DNA of 64,000 bases from Sedimentisphaerales bacterium. Its GTDB lineage: Bacteria > Planctomycetota > Phycisphaerae > Sedimentisphaerales > Anaerobacaceae. Position 1 is the first letter of the stretch; the number at the start of each line of letters is the position of its first letter. The position numbers and the translations under genes are program-made. The notes below the pieces were generated by a model. The model made no database searches, was not told the origin of the DNA, and saw nothing but the letters and a program-made list of their open reading frames with translations. The DNA lies in assembly GCA_963708075.1 (NCBI GenBank), contig OY970194.1, positions 6,688,001 through 6,752,000 on the forward strand, in the 5' to 3' direction. Of the stretch, positions 21,531 to 32,403 are shown piece after piece.

Positions 21531-22587
<1,057 letters not shown>

Positions 22588-22591
<4 letters not shown>

Positions 22592-22866
22592 CGCTTTTCC
22601 TCGATCAGGCGGGGCGTGTCTTTCTTGGCCGCCGTGGCGACGATGGGGATCCGGTCCGCCTCCTCTATGTATACCTCGATGACGGCGTCCGGGCAGACAG
22701 TGGCGCACCTGGCGCAGCCTGTGCAGCCGGGATTCTTCGCCTGGGCGGCGAAATAGCCGTTCTTGTTGGACTCCTGCGAGGTGACGATGCAGTTGTGGGG
22801 GCAGGCCGTGATGCACAGGCCACAACCCTTGCACCGCTCCATGTCGATTACGATTCTGCCTGCCAT
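22588..22866 (-). CDS. 2x[4Fe-4S] ferredoxin (delta subunit)
   Basis: CKGCGLCITACP and CTGCARCATVCP. Confidence 0.93.
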
Positions 22867-23119
22867 GATTACATCCCTGGCGATTTCAATCTTGACAAAT
22901 ATGCCCCGACGAACATTGGCGCGGGCAAATACCGCGCTCCAGCACGGCGATCATGCTACCAGCGCAGCATGCCCCTGTAAAGAACAAAAAGGCGTGCCTC
23001 CCTGGAGCAAGGCTCGCTTCATAGTAGCATGGGAACAGCCCATTTCAATTCATATGACAGGGGGGGGCGAGGGCTGTCGACCGTCTGCTTCCGCTCCGTT
23101 AAGGAAGCTATGTTGCTTC

Positions 23120-23203
23120 GTGGAGAGTCGGCCCTTCGACTTGACCGGCAGGACAGCACTGGTCGCAGAAGCAGAGTGTGGCACCGGCTTCATTTTGGCG
23201 TAA
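23120..23203 (+). pseudogene. Decayed copy of the 5' end of the SDR gene at 24343
   Basis: Translates VESRPFDLTGRTALVAEAECGTGFILA* versus MESRLFDLTGATALVTGAGRGIGF. Confidence 0.65.
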
Positions 23204-23333
23204 AGGCCGGCCGAGGGGAATTCTGGGGGCATCGATGAGCGAGTGGATGTCAGCTTGGTCATCCCGTCCGTCGGCAGAACAGAGCGTCTCCACCCGTTTC
23301 AAGAAGCAGGGCCCGTTGTGGGCGGCTTGGATG

Positions 23334-23368
23334 CAAAGGGACGGGGCCTGCCAGGAGACCCCGTCCAT
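23334..23368 (-). terminator. Probable intrinsic terminator of the PEP-CTERM gene
   Basis: Minus strand GGACGGGGTCTCCTGGCAGGCCCCGTCC followed by CTTTG, ~20 bp after the stop. Confidence 0.5.
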
Positions 23369-23388
23369 CAGTTGAGCACAAGGAATAA

Positions 23389-23889
23389 TTAGAGGGCTCT
23401 TCTTCTGCGGAGCCAGCCCACGAGGCTGACGCCAATACCGCCGAGCAGAATAGCTCCTGGCGCAGGAACAGGAGGAGAACTCAATTGCGTCCACAATCCC
23501 GCCGGGACGCCACCTACTCCGTTGCCCTGGATCGTCAGTTCGTGGGCGCCGGGGGCCAACAGGACTTCCCCTCCGGAGTACACGGGGTTCTGCCATGCCG
23601 CTTCCCCGTCGCCGCCAAAACCAGTTGGCGCACCGGCGTATGGAAGGGTCGTCGTCAGAATAAGCGCTGCGAAGTCGTAGACATAGTAGATGTCATCTAT
23701 GACGTAATCGTCGGTAATCCTGAAGACGGCAGGATCCGTCAGGTTAAAGACATAGGGGGAACTGATGGAGTTAACGAAAGCTTCGTTGATTTGATCCGAA
23801 AACCACCCCGCGTCCAGAACCGGTGCCGCCGAAGCGGTACCGACCATCGTCATTACAAAACAAACTGCCATCAATCTCTTCATTCTCAT
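23389..23889 (-). CDS. PEP-CTERM-type (VPAPG) sorting-domain surface protein
   Basis: Signal peptide; C-terminus VPAPGAILLGGIGVSLVGWLRRRRAL. Confidence 0.88.
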   Translation of the reverse strand: MRMKRLMAVCFVMTMVGTASAAPVLDAGWFSDQINEAFVNSISSPYVFNLTDPAVFRITDDYVIDDIYYVYDFAALILTTTLPYAGAPTGFGGDGEAAWQNPVYSGGEVLLAPGAHELTIQGNGVGGVPAGLWTQLSSPPVPAPGAILLGGIGVSLVGWLRRRRAL

Positions 23890-23924
23890 CTCCTTCTCTC
23901 CGATAAACCCTGATGCAATAACAA

Positions 23925-24000
23925 CTTACGTGGCTGTCACAGTAGCAAAGCCAAGACCGGCTTTTTCCTTCATCCAATTCTTTCGAACCAGACTTGGGCG
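23925..24000 (-). promoter_or_regulatory. Degenerate c-di-GMP-I (GEMM)-like riboswitch candidate
   Basis: Minus strand TCTGGTTC-GAAA-GAATTGGA hairpin, then AAAAGCCGGTCT...TGACAGCC; the GGCAAA and GACGCAAA core elements are poorly matched. Confidence 0.3.
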
Positions 24001-24342
24001 CGTCCAACAACCCATCACCGTGCCTCCAGCGAAGCAAAAGGCCACTTCGCGGAGTCACGAGAATCACTGCTTAGCTCTCGTCTAAGGCAATATTCTCTAT
24101 TTTACCAAACGCTTGTGAAAAATGTCAAGATTAATACTATGGGAATACTGGGAAAATTTCAAGAATCCGCTTCTTGCAGGAGTCTTTCCACAGGCTGGGT
24201 ATGTTTCTCTATGGAATGCCTGTAGTGGATGAGGGATCGCAGATGACTGTGCCCTGCCTTGGCCCTCCGTTCTGTGTCTTCTGGCTTCACGGAGAGGCTG
24301 GAGCTTGTCAGCGGGACTGGTCTGTGGTTTACTGTGCTCCAT

Positions 24343-25117
24343 ATGGAGAGCCGGTTGTTTGATCTGACGGGTGCGACGGCCCTGGTGACGGGGGCGGGGC
24401 GGGGCATTGGGTTTGCGCCTGGCGCGGGGATTGGCCCAGCAGGGGGCCGATGTGGCTCTGGTGGCGAGGACGCGGAACGAGCTGGAGGCGGCGAAGGAGC
24501 AGATCGAGAACCAGACAGGCCGCCGGGCGTGGGTGTTTCCTTTTGACTTGGCCAATCTTCATGCCATCGGGGAGCTGTTCGACAAGATCGTTCAGGCGGT
24601 GGGGGGCGTTGACATCCTGGTGAACTGTGCCGGGATGACGGTTCGCGAGCCTACGGAGGATGCTTCGCTGGAGAGCTTCAACCGGGTGATGGAGGTGAAT
24701 CTGACATCCGTCCTGTTGCTGTCGCAGGCGTTCTGCAGGCACCGCAAAGAGATGGGCAAGCCCGGGCGGATCATCAACATCGGCTCCTTGGCCTGTCATG
24801 CGGCCCGGCCGACCATCGCCGCTTACGCCTGCAGCAAGATGGGCGTACTGGGTCTGACGAGGACGCTGGCGGTCGAGTGGGCCAGGTATGGCATCAACGT
24901 CAACGCCATCGGACCCGGCTATATCGCGACCGATCTGACGGCTCCGTTGCAGGCCGATGCCGAGTTCAGCCGGTGGGTGCTGTCGAAGACGCCCCTGGCC
25001 CGGTGGGGCCGGCCGGAGGACCTGGTCGGCACGGCCGTGCTGCTCGCATCCAAAGCAGGCGACTTCATCACGGGACAGATCTTCTACGTGGACGGCGGCT
25101 GGACCGCGCTTGTGTAG
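24343..25117 (+). CDS. SDR family oxidoreductase (gluconate 5-dehydrogenase/KduD-like; frameshift near 24415)
   Basis: ALVTGAGRGIG, DILVNCAG, YACSK (YxxxK), NAIGPGY, TPLARWG.PEDL, YVDGG. Confidence 0.9.
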
Positions 25118-25156
25118 GTGGATGGTATGCAAAAGGTAGCAAAGGGGAGTCTCTCC

Positions 25157-26794
25157 ATGAAGTCATACATCATCGCTGCAATTCGTAGGGTGTGCATCGC
25201 ACACCATTCATTAGAATCGATCCGAAGCAAGCGGTGTGCGGTGCACACCCTACGGCTTATCATCGTCCTGGTTGCCCTTTGTGGGCAGGCGATTGCTGGT
25301 TCGGGTGCGGACGGGACATTGAAGGTAGACGTTCGCAAGCGTGTCGCGTCTGCGGATGCTCCGGACCGGGCTCACATCGTCTGCGAGACACAGCAGTGGA
25401 AGCCGGCCGAGACCGCCATCGTCATCTGCGACATGTGGGATCACCACTGGTGCAAGGGGGCGAGCGAGCGCGTGGCCGAGTTAACGCCGGTGATGGATCG
25501 TGTCGTCTCTACGGCGAGGGACAAGGGCGTGCTCATCATTCACTCGCCCAGCGGGACCATCGACCGCTACAAGGATCACCCGGCACGCCAGCGGGCCAAA
25601 GCGGCTCCGAGAGCGGCGAATGTCCCGGCGGGCATCGAGTCGTGGTGCCCGTGGAAGGACGAGACGGAGAAGAAAGTGTATCCGATCGACCAGTCCGACG
25701 GCGGCTGCGATTGCCGGCCGCGATGCAAGGAGGCCTCGCCCTGGACCGGGCAGATCGATGCCATCGAGATCAAGGACGCCGACGCGATCAGCGATTCCGG
25801 CGTGGAGGTCTGGAACCTGCTGGAGCAGCGGGGGATCAGGAACGTGATCCTCATGGGCGTGCATACGAATATGTGTGTGCTCGGGCGGCCCTTTGGACTT
25901 CGCAACCTGGCCAAGGCCGGCAAGAACGTCGTGCTCATGCGGGACATGACGGACACGATGTATAATTCGCGCCAGCGGCCAAATGTCAATCACTTCACGG
26001 GCACCGACCTCATCATCGAGCACATCGAGAGATACATCTGCCCGACCGTTGCATCCACCGCCTTCACGGGCCGGCCGCCGTTTCGATTCAAAGAGGACAA
26101 GCGGCCATCCGTCGTGTTCCTCTCGGCCGAGAACGAATACAACGCCGCCGAGACGCTCCCTGTCTTTGCACGCGAGTTGGAGCTTCATCGCGGCCTGCGT
26201 TGCGAGATCCTCCAGGCCAGCACCGCCAAGCAAGGCGAGGAGATCCACTTCATCAGCGGCATGGAGACGCTGGCCAACGCCGATCTGGTTGTCGTTTATG
26301 CCCGGCGAAGGGGCTTCCAGGCCGACCAGATGAAGTACCTGCGGGACTTCCTCGACCGGGGCAAGCCGCTGATCGGCCTTCGCACGGCCAGTCACGCATT
26401 CGACTCCCGCGGCAGCGCGCCGAAAGAGGGACACGACGAGTGGGCGAAGTTCGATCCCGAGGTGCTCGGCGGCAACTATCACGGGCACTATGGCGCCGGT
26501 CCCGTGGCAACGGTGATGCTCGCCCCCGGCGCTGAGAATCATCCCATTCTCAAGGGCATCGAGCTGCCCCTGCGGAGCAACGGCTCGCTCTACAAAGCAA
26601 GCCCGCTAGTCGCCGGGACCACGCCACTGCTCATCGGCGAGATTGCCGACCAGAAACCCGAGCCCGTGGCATGGACGCACCAGTACAAGAACTCCCGCGT
26701 GTTCTACACTTCGCTCGGCCATCCCGACGACTTCGCGAACCCGCAATTCCAAACGCTGCTAACCAACGCTGTCTTCTGGGCGATGGAAAGATAG
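25157..26794 (+). CDS. Secreted isochorismatase/nicotinamidase-like + ThuA-like fusion protein
   Basis: AIVICDMWDHHWC, GVHTNMCVLGRPFG; C-terminal GLRTASHAF, PVAWT, RVFYTSLGH. AGGGGAG RBS. Confidence 0.85.
   Translation: MKSYIIAAIRRVCIAHHSLESIRSKRCAVHTLRLIIVLVALCGQAIAGSGADGTLKVDVRKRVASADAPDRAHIVCETQQWKPAETAIVICDMWDHHWCKGASERVAELTPVMDRVVSTARDKGVLIIHSPSGTIDRYKDHPARQRAKAAPRAANVPAGIESWCPWKDETEKKVYPIDQSDGGCDCRPRCKEASPWTGQIDAIEIKDADAISDSGVEVWNLLEQRGIRNVILMGVHTNMCVLGRPFGLRNLAKAGKNVVLMRDMTDTMYNSRQRPNVNHFTGTDLIIEHIERYICPTVASTAFTGRPPFRFKEDKRPSVVFLSAENEYNAAETLPVFARELELHRGLRCEILQASTAKQGEEIHFISGMETLANADLVVVYARRRGFQADQMKYLRDFLDRGKPLIGLRTASHAFDSRGSAPKEGHDEWAKFDPEVLGGNYHGHYGAGPVATVMLAPGAENHPILKGIELPLRSNGSLYKASPLVAGTTPLLIGEIADQKPEPVAWTHQYKNSRVFYTSLGHPDDFANPQFQTLLTNAVFWAMER
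25185..25253. repeat. GTAG-type REP pair inserted in frame in a signal peptide
   Basis: GTAGGGTGTGCATCGCACACC...GGTGTGCGGTGCACACCCTAC, 69 bp; the right arm also occurs at 29653-29673. Confidence 0.8.
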
Positions 26795-26972
26795 GACTTA
26801 TAGGACGCATTGGACTTATGGGACCTATGTTGTCGTGGTGCAGAATTGGTCCTATTCGTCCCATGTGTCCGATTAGTCTTGTGTGCAGCGTTTTGCGCAA
26901 AATTTACTTCGCGCCTTGTCAACCGCGGGGCTACGATGGCCGTCTATGCCCGTAGTTGGAGCCGTAGCATTG

Positions 26973-27557
26973 ATGGCAAGTAGCGACGAGAGCTTAGTGG
27001 CCGCCCATCTCGCGGGTGATCAGGCGGCGTTTTGTGAGCTTGTCCGACGGTACGGGGACGGCGTGCTGGGGTATTTGTTCCACATGACGGGCAATCTGAG
27101 CCAGGCCGAAGACCTTTTCCAGGAGACCTTCAAGCGGGTCCACGAGAAGGCCCACACCTTCCGCGGCGGACGCTTCAAAAGCTGGCTCTTCACCATCGCC
27201 ACCCGTGCGGCCATCGATCACCGCCGGCGCAAACGCCTGACGCTCGTCTCCCTGGATCAGGCGGACGATTGCGACGAGGCGAATCCATCGCAGGCTGGTG
27301 CCCTGGCGGACGACAATGCCGCTGACCCGGCCAACGAGTTGGTCAAAGAGGAGCAGAAACAGCAGGTCCGGCAGGCGATTGATATGCTCCCCGTCAAGCA
27401 GCGGGCGACCCTCATTCTCGCCTACTATCAGCAGCTCAGCTACCAGGAGGTGGCGCAGGTGATGGGCTGCTCCATCGGCACGGTGAAGACCCAGATGTCG
27501 CGGGCGCTGGCTGCCCTGGCGCGGAAACTGCCGGACTCCATTGGCGTGACGGAATGA
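26973..27557 (+). CDS. ECF (sigma-70 family) RNA polymerase sigma factor
   Basis: GDQAAFCELVRRY, QAEDLFQETF, FKSWLFTIA, LSYQEVAQVMGCSIGTVKTQMSRA. Alternative start at 26946. Confidence 0.92.
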   Translation: MASSDESLVAAHLAGDQAAFCELVRRYGDGVLGYLFHMTGNLSQAEDLFQETFKRVHEKAHTFRGGRFKSWLFTIATRAAIDHRRRKRLTLVSLDQADDCDEANPSQAGALADDNAADPANELVKEEQKQQVRQAIDMLPVKQRATLILAYYQQLSYQEVAQVMGCSIGTVKTQMSRALAALARKLPDSIGVTE

Positions 27558-29484
27558 ACATGCACTTGACGGAACAACAACTGATCGACTACCAGTTCAA
27601 GCTGGCCTCCGACGCCGGTATGGAGGAAGCCCGTGCGCACCTCGATCAATGCGAGGCGTGCCGCCAGCGGCTGGCAGGGCTGAATCGTAAATTCGCCACC
27701 CTGGACGTGCTTCGCGAGGAGGTCAAGCCGTCAGATGCCCTGATTGCCGGAACGGTTGAGAATGCATCAAAAGCTCGCCGCACGAGAGTGATCCCGATGC
27801 TGTCAATGCCCTGGCTGGGGGCAACCGCCGCGGCAATCGTTGTCGGCGTGGCCGTATTCATGATGTCAAACCAGGAACAACTGGAACGCTTGGAGAAGAC
27901 CCCGGCCCCTGCAGTGCAGGAGATGAAGGACGCCCCGGCCCAGACGGTAGAGAAAGAACTTGCGTCCGAGCCTCGCAAGATGGCGCTTGCCCCGGCGCAG
28001 CCCTCGCTCGGACAGGGTCTTGCTCAGTCATCGGCGGGTGGCAGCGTCAAGACCGAAGGTCTTGGCGATGGTTCTTTCGTACTTGAACAGGGCCATCGCC
28101 AAGCTGCGCTTGACGCTGCCACCCAGCCCGCACAGTCTGGCGCCATATCCGAGAAGCCGCCATTCGCGCCGGCCAGCGCCATCGAGTTGGTCGTCCTGCC
28201 TCGACGGGAGAACGTGCAACTGACGATCTACAACGGCGCGGACCTGACGCTGGTGCGGGAACGTCGGAATCTGACCTTGAAGCAGGGCTGGAACTGGCTG
28301 CAATTCATGTGGGCCAATACGCTGATCGACCCGACCTCGCTGACCCTTGAGCCTCTGGAGCACAAGGACCAGGTGCAGGTCCAGCAGTTGGTCTTCCCGC
28401 CAAGGCTGCGGGAGCTCGGCCGCTGGCTGATCCGCTCCGAGGTGAGCGGCCAGGTGCCCTTCGAGCTAACCTACTCTCACCAGCTACCTATCTTGGCGAG
28501 CCTTCTACATGGGCACGCTCTCGCAAGACGAAAGAACAATGCACTTGGAGGCCTACGTCCGCGTCGCCAACGGTAGCGGCGAGGACTATGAGCATGCCCA
28601 AGTTCGCCTCCTCGTTGGTCGCGTCCATCTGCTCGACCGTATTGCCTACTTGGCCCGCCAGCAATATCCCTACGGTCGTCCAGGTATGACCAAAGACCCT
28701 CGTTGGGTCGAAACGGCCGGGATGACGAGGGACGAACTCGTGCGGATTAAAAGTGCTGAGGCCCAGGCAGCGGCTGGCGACAAGGTCAAGCAGATCGTCA
28801 AGGAGGGGCTCAGCGAGTACTTCCTTTATACGATCGAAGGGACGGAGACGATTCCGAACAAGTGGGGCAAGAGGTTGCTTTCGTTCGAGACCGATGAGAT
28901 TCCGATCAAGGCGTTGTACAAGTACGACGAGGAGCGGTGGGGGGACTCAGACGATCCAATTCCTGTCATTCGCCAATGACGAGGAGCACAAGCTCGGCGA
29001 GACGCCGCTGCCGGATGGCATGGTTCGCATCTACGGCAGGGCGGATGAGCATGGGCATTTGTCCTATGTCGGCGGCACAAGTGTGAAGTACATCCCGGTC
29101 GGTGAGGAGGTGGAGCTGAATCTTGGACCCGCCCGGCTGGTCGAGGTCAAGCCGGTCCTGATGGACTATCGAACGGAGAACCATGTCTTCGATCAGGACG
29201 GCAACGTTGGCGGCTGGGACGAGGTGCGGACGTGGAAGATCGAGGTCACCAACACGCGCACGCTGCCGGTGGAGATCGAGATCACTCGCGGCCTTGGGAC
29301 GGCCTACTGGACGTTGAAGCAGGGGGACTCGCCGGCAGCCTTCGAGAAACATGATGTGACGCACGCTCGCTTCCGGCTGACTGTCGAGCCGCGGAGCAAG
29401 CGGACTTTTGAGTATACGGTGACGACTTATCACGGTGTCCGCGAGCAGTCGGCCCCAAACGCCAGAATATTGAATGGAAATTGA
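27554..29484 (+). CDS. Zinc-binding (HxxxCxxC) anti-sigma factor-TM-DUF4139-like fusion (frameshifts near 28480 and 28940)
   Basis: ATGA overlap with the sigma gene; HLDQCEAC; TM WLGATAAAIVVGVAVFMM; VQLTIYNGADLTLVRERR; KEGLSEYFLYTIEGTETIP. Confidence 0.75.
28036..28123. repeat. Family B palindrome inside the anti-sigma CDS
   Basis: GGGTGGCAGCGTCAAGACCGAAGGTCTTGGCGATGG...CCATCGCCAAGCTGCGCTTGACGCTGCCACCC. Confidence 0.8.
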
Positions 29485-29531
29485 GTTGTGATATTGGAAT
29501 GTCAGACGCTGCAACGGAATGAGTCCCATCA

Positions 29532-29604
29532 TGTCACCCCCGCGCAGGCTGGGGTCCAGGATGCTTCGATGTGTAAATGGATTCCCGCCTTCGCGGGGAT
29601 GACA
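29532..29604. repeat. Family C palindrome (TGTCACCCC...GGGATGACA)
   Basis: Intergenic within the DUF4139 cluster; related to 30883-30948 and 32517-32613. Confidence 0.75.
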
Positions 29605-29691
29605 TGTGGGCAGTTTGGTTGTCGTGTCATTCTGTCAAGGGCTTTTAGAGAAGGTGTGCGGTGCACACCCTACGAATTTGGGAGATTTGTT

Positions 29692-30842
29692 ATGATCGCA
29701 AAACGTGCTGTATTGATCGTGGTTCTGGTTCTGCTGTGTGTCGGGGCGGCTCAGGCGAGGATCAAGCTGGTGGCGCTGCCGGAGCGGGCGGCGACGGTGA
29801 TCCGACTGGACAATCCCAACGCCACGCTGATCGAGGAGGAACGAGTCCTGACGCTTCAGAAGGGGCTCAACAAGGTGGATTTCTCGTGGAAGGGCGTGCA
29901 GATCGATGAAGATTCGATCCGTCTGCAGAGTACTCGACCATCCGGCGGATGTGACGCTGCTGAGCGTCAGCTATCCGCCGGGCGAGGCGGCGCTGGTCTG
30001 GGAGATCAGCAGCGGCGGCGACTTCGCCGAGACCGTCCGCATCAGCTACCTGCTGAGCAACATCGACCGGCTGATCACCTACAAGGCCGTCGCCAATAAG
30101 CCGGAGACGCTCGTCGATCTCAAGAGCTACCTGGTCCTGCGCAACTTCTCCGGCGAGGATTTCGCGAAGGCCCGCGTCCTGCTCGACTACGGCGAGGCCT
30201 TCGAGCAGGGCATCGACCACGAGGAGACCAAGCAGATGCTGTTCCTCACCGAGCCGAACGTGCCGGTCCGCAAGATCTGGACGTTCGACGCCGCGCACGC
30301 TGCCGTGGGACCCGGAGCAGCTCGAGAACCAGAACGTCGGCATCCCCGTCAGCTACGAGGTCACCAACAGCGACAAGAGCCGGCCTGGGCAAGTTCGCCC
30401 TCTGGGGCGGCAAGGCCCGCCTCTTCCAGGAGGACGGCCACGGCAGCACGATCTTCCTCGGCGAGGACAACGCCTCGCTCGTGCCGGTCGGCGAGAAGAT
30501 GGAGCTCTACATCGGCGACAGCCGGGATATCGTCGTCACGCAGCGAAAGATGCGGGACGCCCAGATCGATATCCGCAAGAACAACGCCAACGCAAGTCGT
30601 CCTCTTCGACACCGACGAGATCATCACGGCCAAGATCGAGAACTTCAAGGACAGCCCCGCCGTCCTGACGATGATCCAGCACATCCCCGGCCAGTGGGAC
30701 ATGGAGGAGTGCAACATGAAGTACACTAAGAAGGACGCCACCACTCTCAAATTCGAGATCGAGCTGCCCGCCGCGAACCGCAGAGGGCCCGGCGGTGAAG
30801 GAACTGACGATGCACTACCACCGCCGCAACGTCCGTCCGTGA
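29692..30842 (+). CDS. Secreted DUF4139-like protein (several frameshifts)
   Basis: Signal MIAKRAVLIVVLVLLCVGAAQA; EEERVLTLQKGLNKVDFSW; LRNFSGEDF; ends ELTMHYHRRNVRP* in the corrected frame. Confidence 0.7.
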
Positions 30843-30882
30843 GGTTCTGAAATGGTGAGGACGTCGACAAACGCCTCCGTAT

Positions 30883-30948
30883 GTCATTCCCGCGAAAGCG
30901 GGAATCCAGGAACCTATGGAGTGGACCCCCGCCTTCGCGGGGGTGACA
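30883..30948. repeat. Family C palindrome
   Basis: TGTCATTCCCGCGAAAGCGGGAATCCAG...TGGACCCCCGCCTTCGCGGGGGTGACA. Confidence 0.8.
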
Positions 30949-31026
30949 TCGTGGGGAGTTCCGGGGTATCAGCAAGTTCGCAGGGTGGGCTATGCCCACC
31001 ATCTGCCTGTGAAAGGAAAGATCGTT

Positions 31027-32403
31027 ATGAAACGGATATACGCAGTCCTGATAATACTCACCGTCCTAATCGGCATTGCGTCAGCAAAGGTGGATCTGAC
31101 AACCTTGCCGACGCGCGACACCGTGCAGCTGACGATCTACAATTCCGCCGACATGACCCTCGTCCGCGAGAGCCGGGCCCTGACCCTTAAAGAGGGCGTG
31201 AACAGCTCTACAGTTCTCCTGGGAGAACACACTGATCGACCCGACCAGCCTGGAGATGCTGCCCAAGGCCCAGGCCGACAAGATCGAGATCGCCGAGCTG
31301 GTGTATCCGCCGCGAGTGAAGAACCTGGGCATGTGGAACATCCAGAGCGAGGTCAGCGGCAAGGTGCCGGTGGAGATCACGTACCTGACCAGCGGCCTGA
31401 CCTGGCGGGCCTTCTACATGGGCACGCTGTCGCCGGACGAAAAGACGATGCGGCTGCAGGGCTACGTCCGCGTGACGAACAACAGCGGCGAGGACTATGA
31501 GAACGCCCAGACCCGCCTCATCGTCGGCCAGGTCCACATCCTCGACCAGATCGCCGAGCTGGCCCGGCGACAGTATCCCTACGGCCGGCCGGGAGAGGTC
31601 GTTCCCCTGGATCGGATGGCGCCCGCCCCAGCGGTGGCGGCTCCGGAAAGAAGACTGAAGGCTGCTGCGGTATTTGACATGGCTGCCAGCAAGCCCAAGG
31701 AAATCGTGAAGGAGGGCCTGAGCGAGTACTTCCTCTACACGATCGAAGGCACGGAGACGATTCCGACCGGCTGGTCGAAGCGGCTGGCGAGCTTCGATGT
31801 TGACGGGCGTGCCTGTCGTCAACCTCTACAAGTTCGAGGAAGAGCGGTACTGCCCGCGCGTCAATCGGTTCCTCAGCTTCAAGAACGACGAGGCCCACAA
31901 GCTTGGCCAGACCCCAATCCCCGACGGCAATCTCAAGGTGTATCGCATCGGTCGATGATCGAAGCACCTGTCCTACGAGGGCCAGTCCTCGTTCAAGTAC
32001 ATCCCCGTCAATGAGGACGTGGAGCTGAATCTCGGGGCGGTCGCCGACGTGGTCGTCGAGCCGAAGCTGATGGACTACAGAACGGAGAACTACCGCTTCG
32101 ACAACGACGGGCAACATCTCCGGCTGGGACGAGATCCAGACATTCACAGTCGAGGTCCGCAACACCCGCGAGGTGCCGGCCAAGATCGAGATCATCCGCG
32201 ATCTTCCAGCCGCCCCAGTGGGACCTCAAGCGGAGCGGCAGCATCGAGACAGCTTCGAGAAGATCGATCTGGACACGGTCAAGTTCACGCTCGATCTGCC
32301 GCCGCAGTCGAAAAAGGTGTTCGAGTACACGCTGACGACCTATCAGGGCGTCCGAGCCGAGGATTGGGGCAAGCGCCAGCAACAGAGAGGACAGGCCAAA
32401 TGA
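31027..32403 (+). CDS. Secreted DUF4139-like protein (several frameshifts)
   Basis: Signal MKRIYAVLIILTVLIGIASA; VQLTIYNSADMTLVRE; TNNSGEDYENAQTRLIVG; KEGLSEYFLYTIEGTETIP. Confidence 0.75.
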
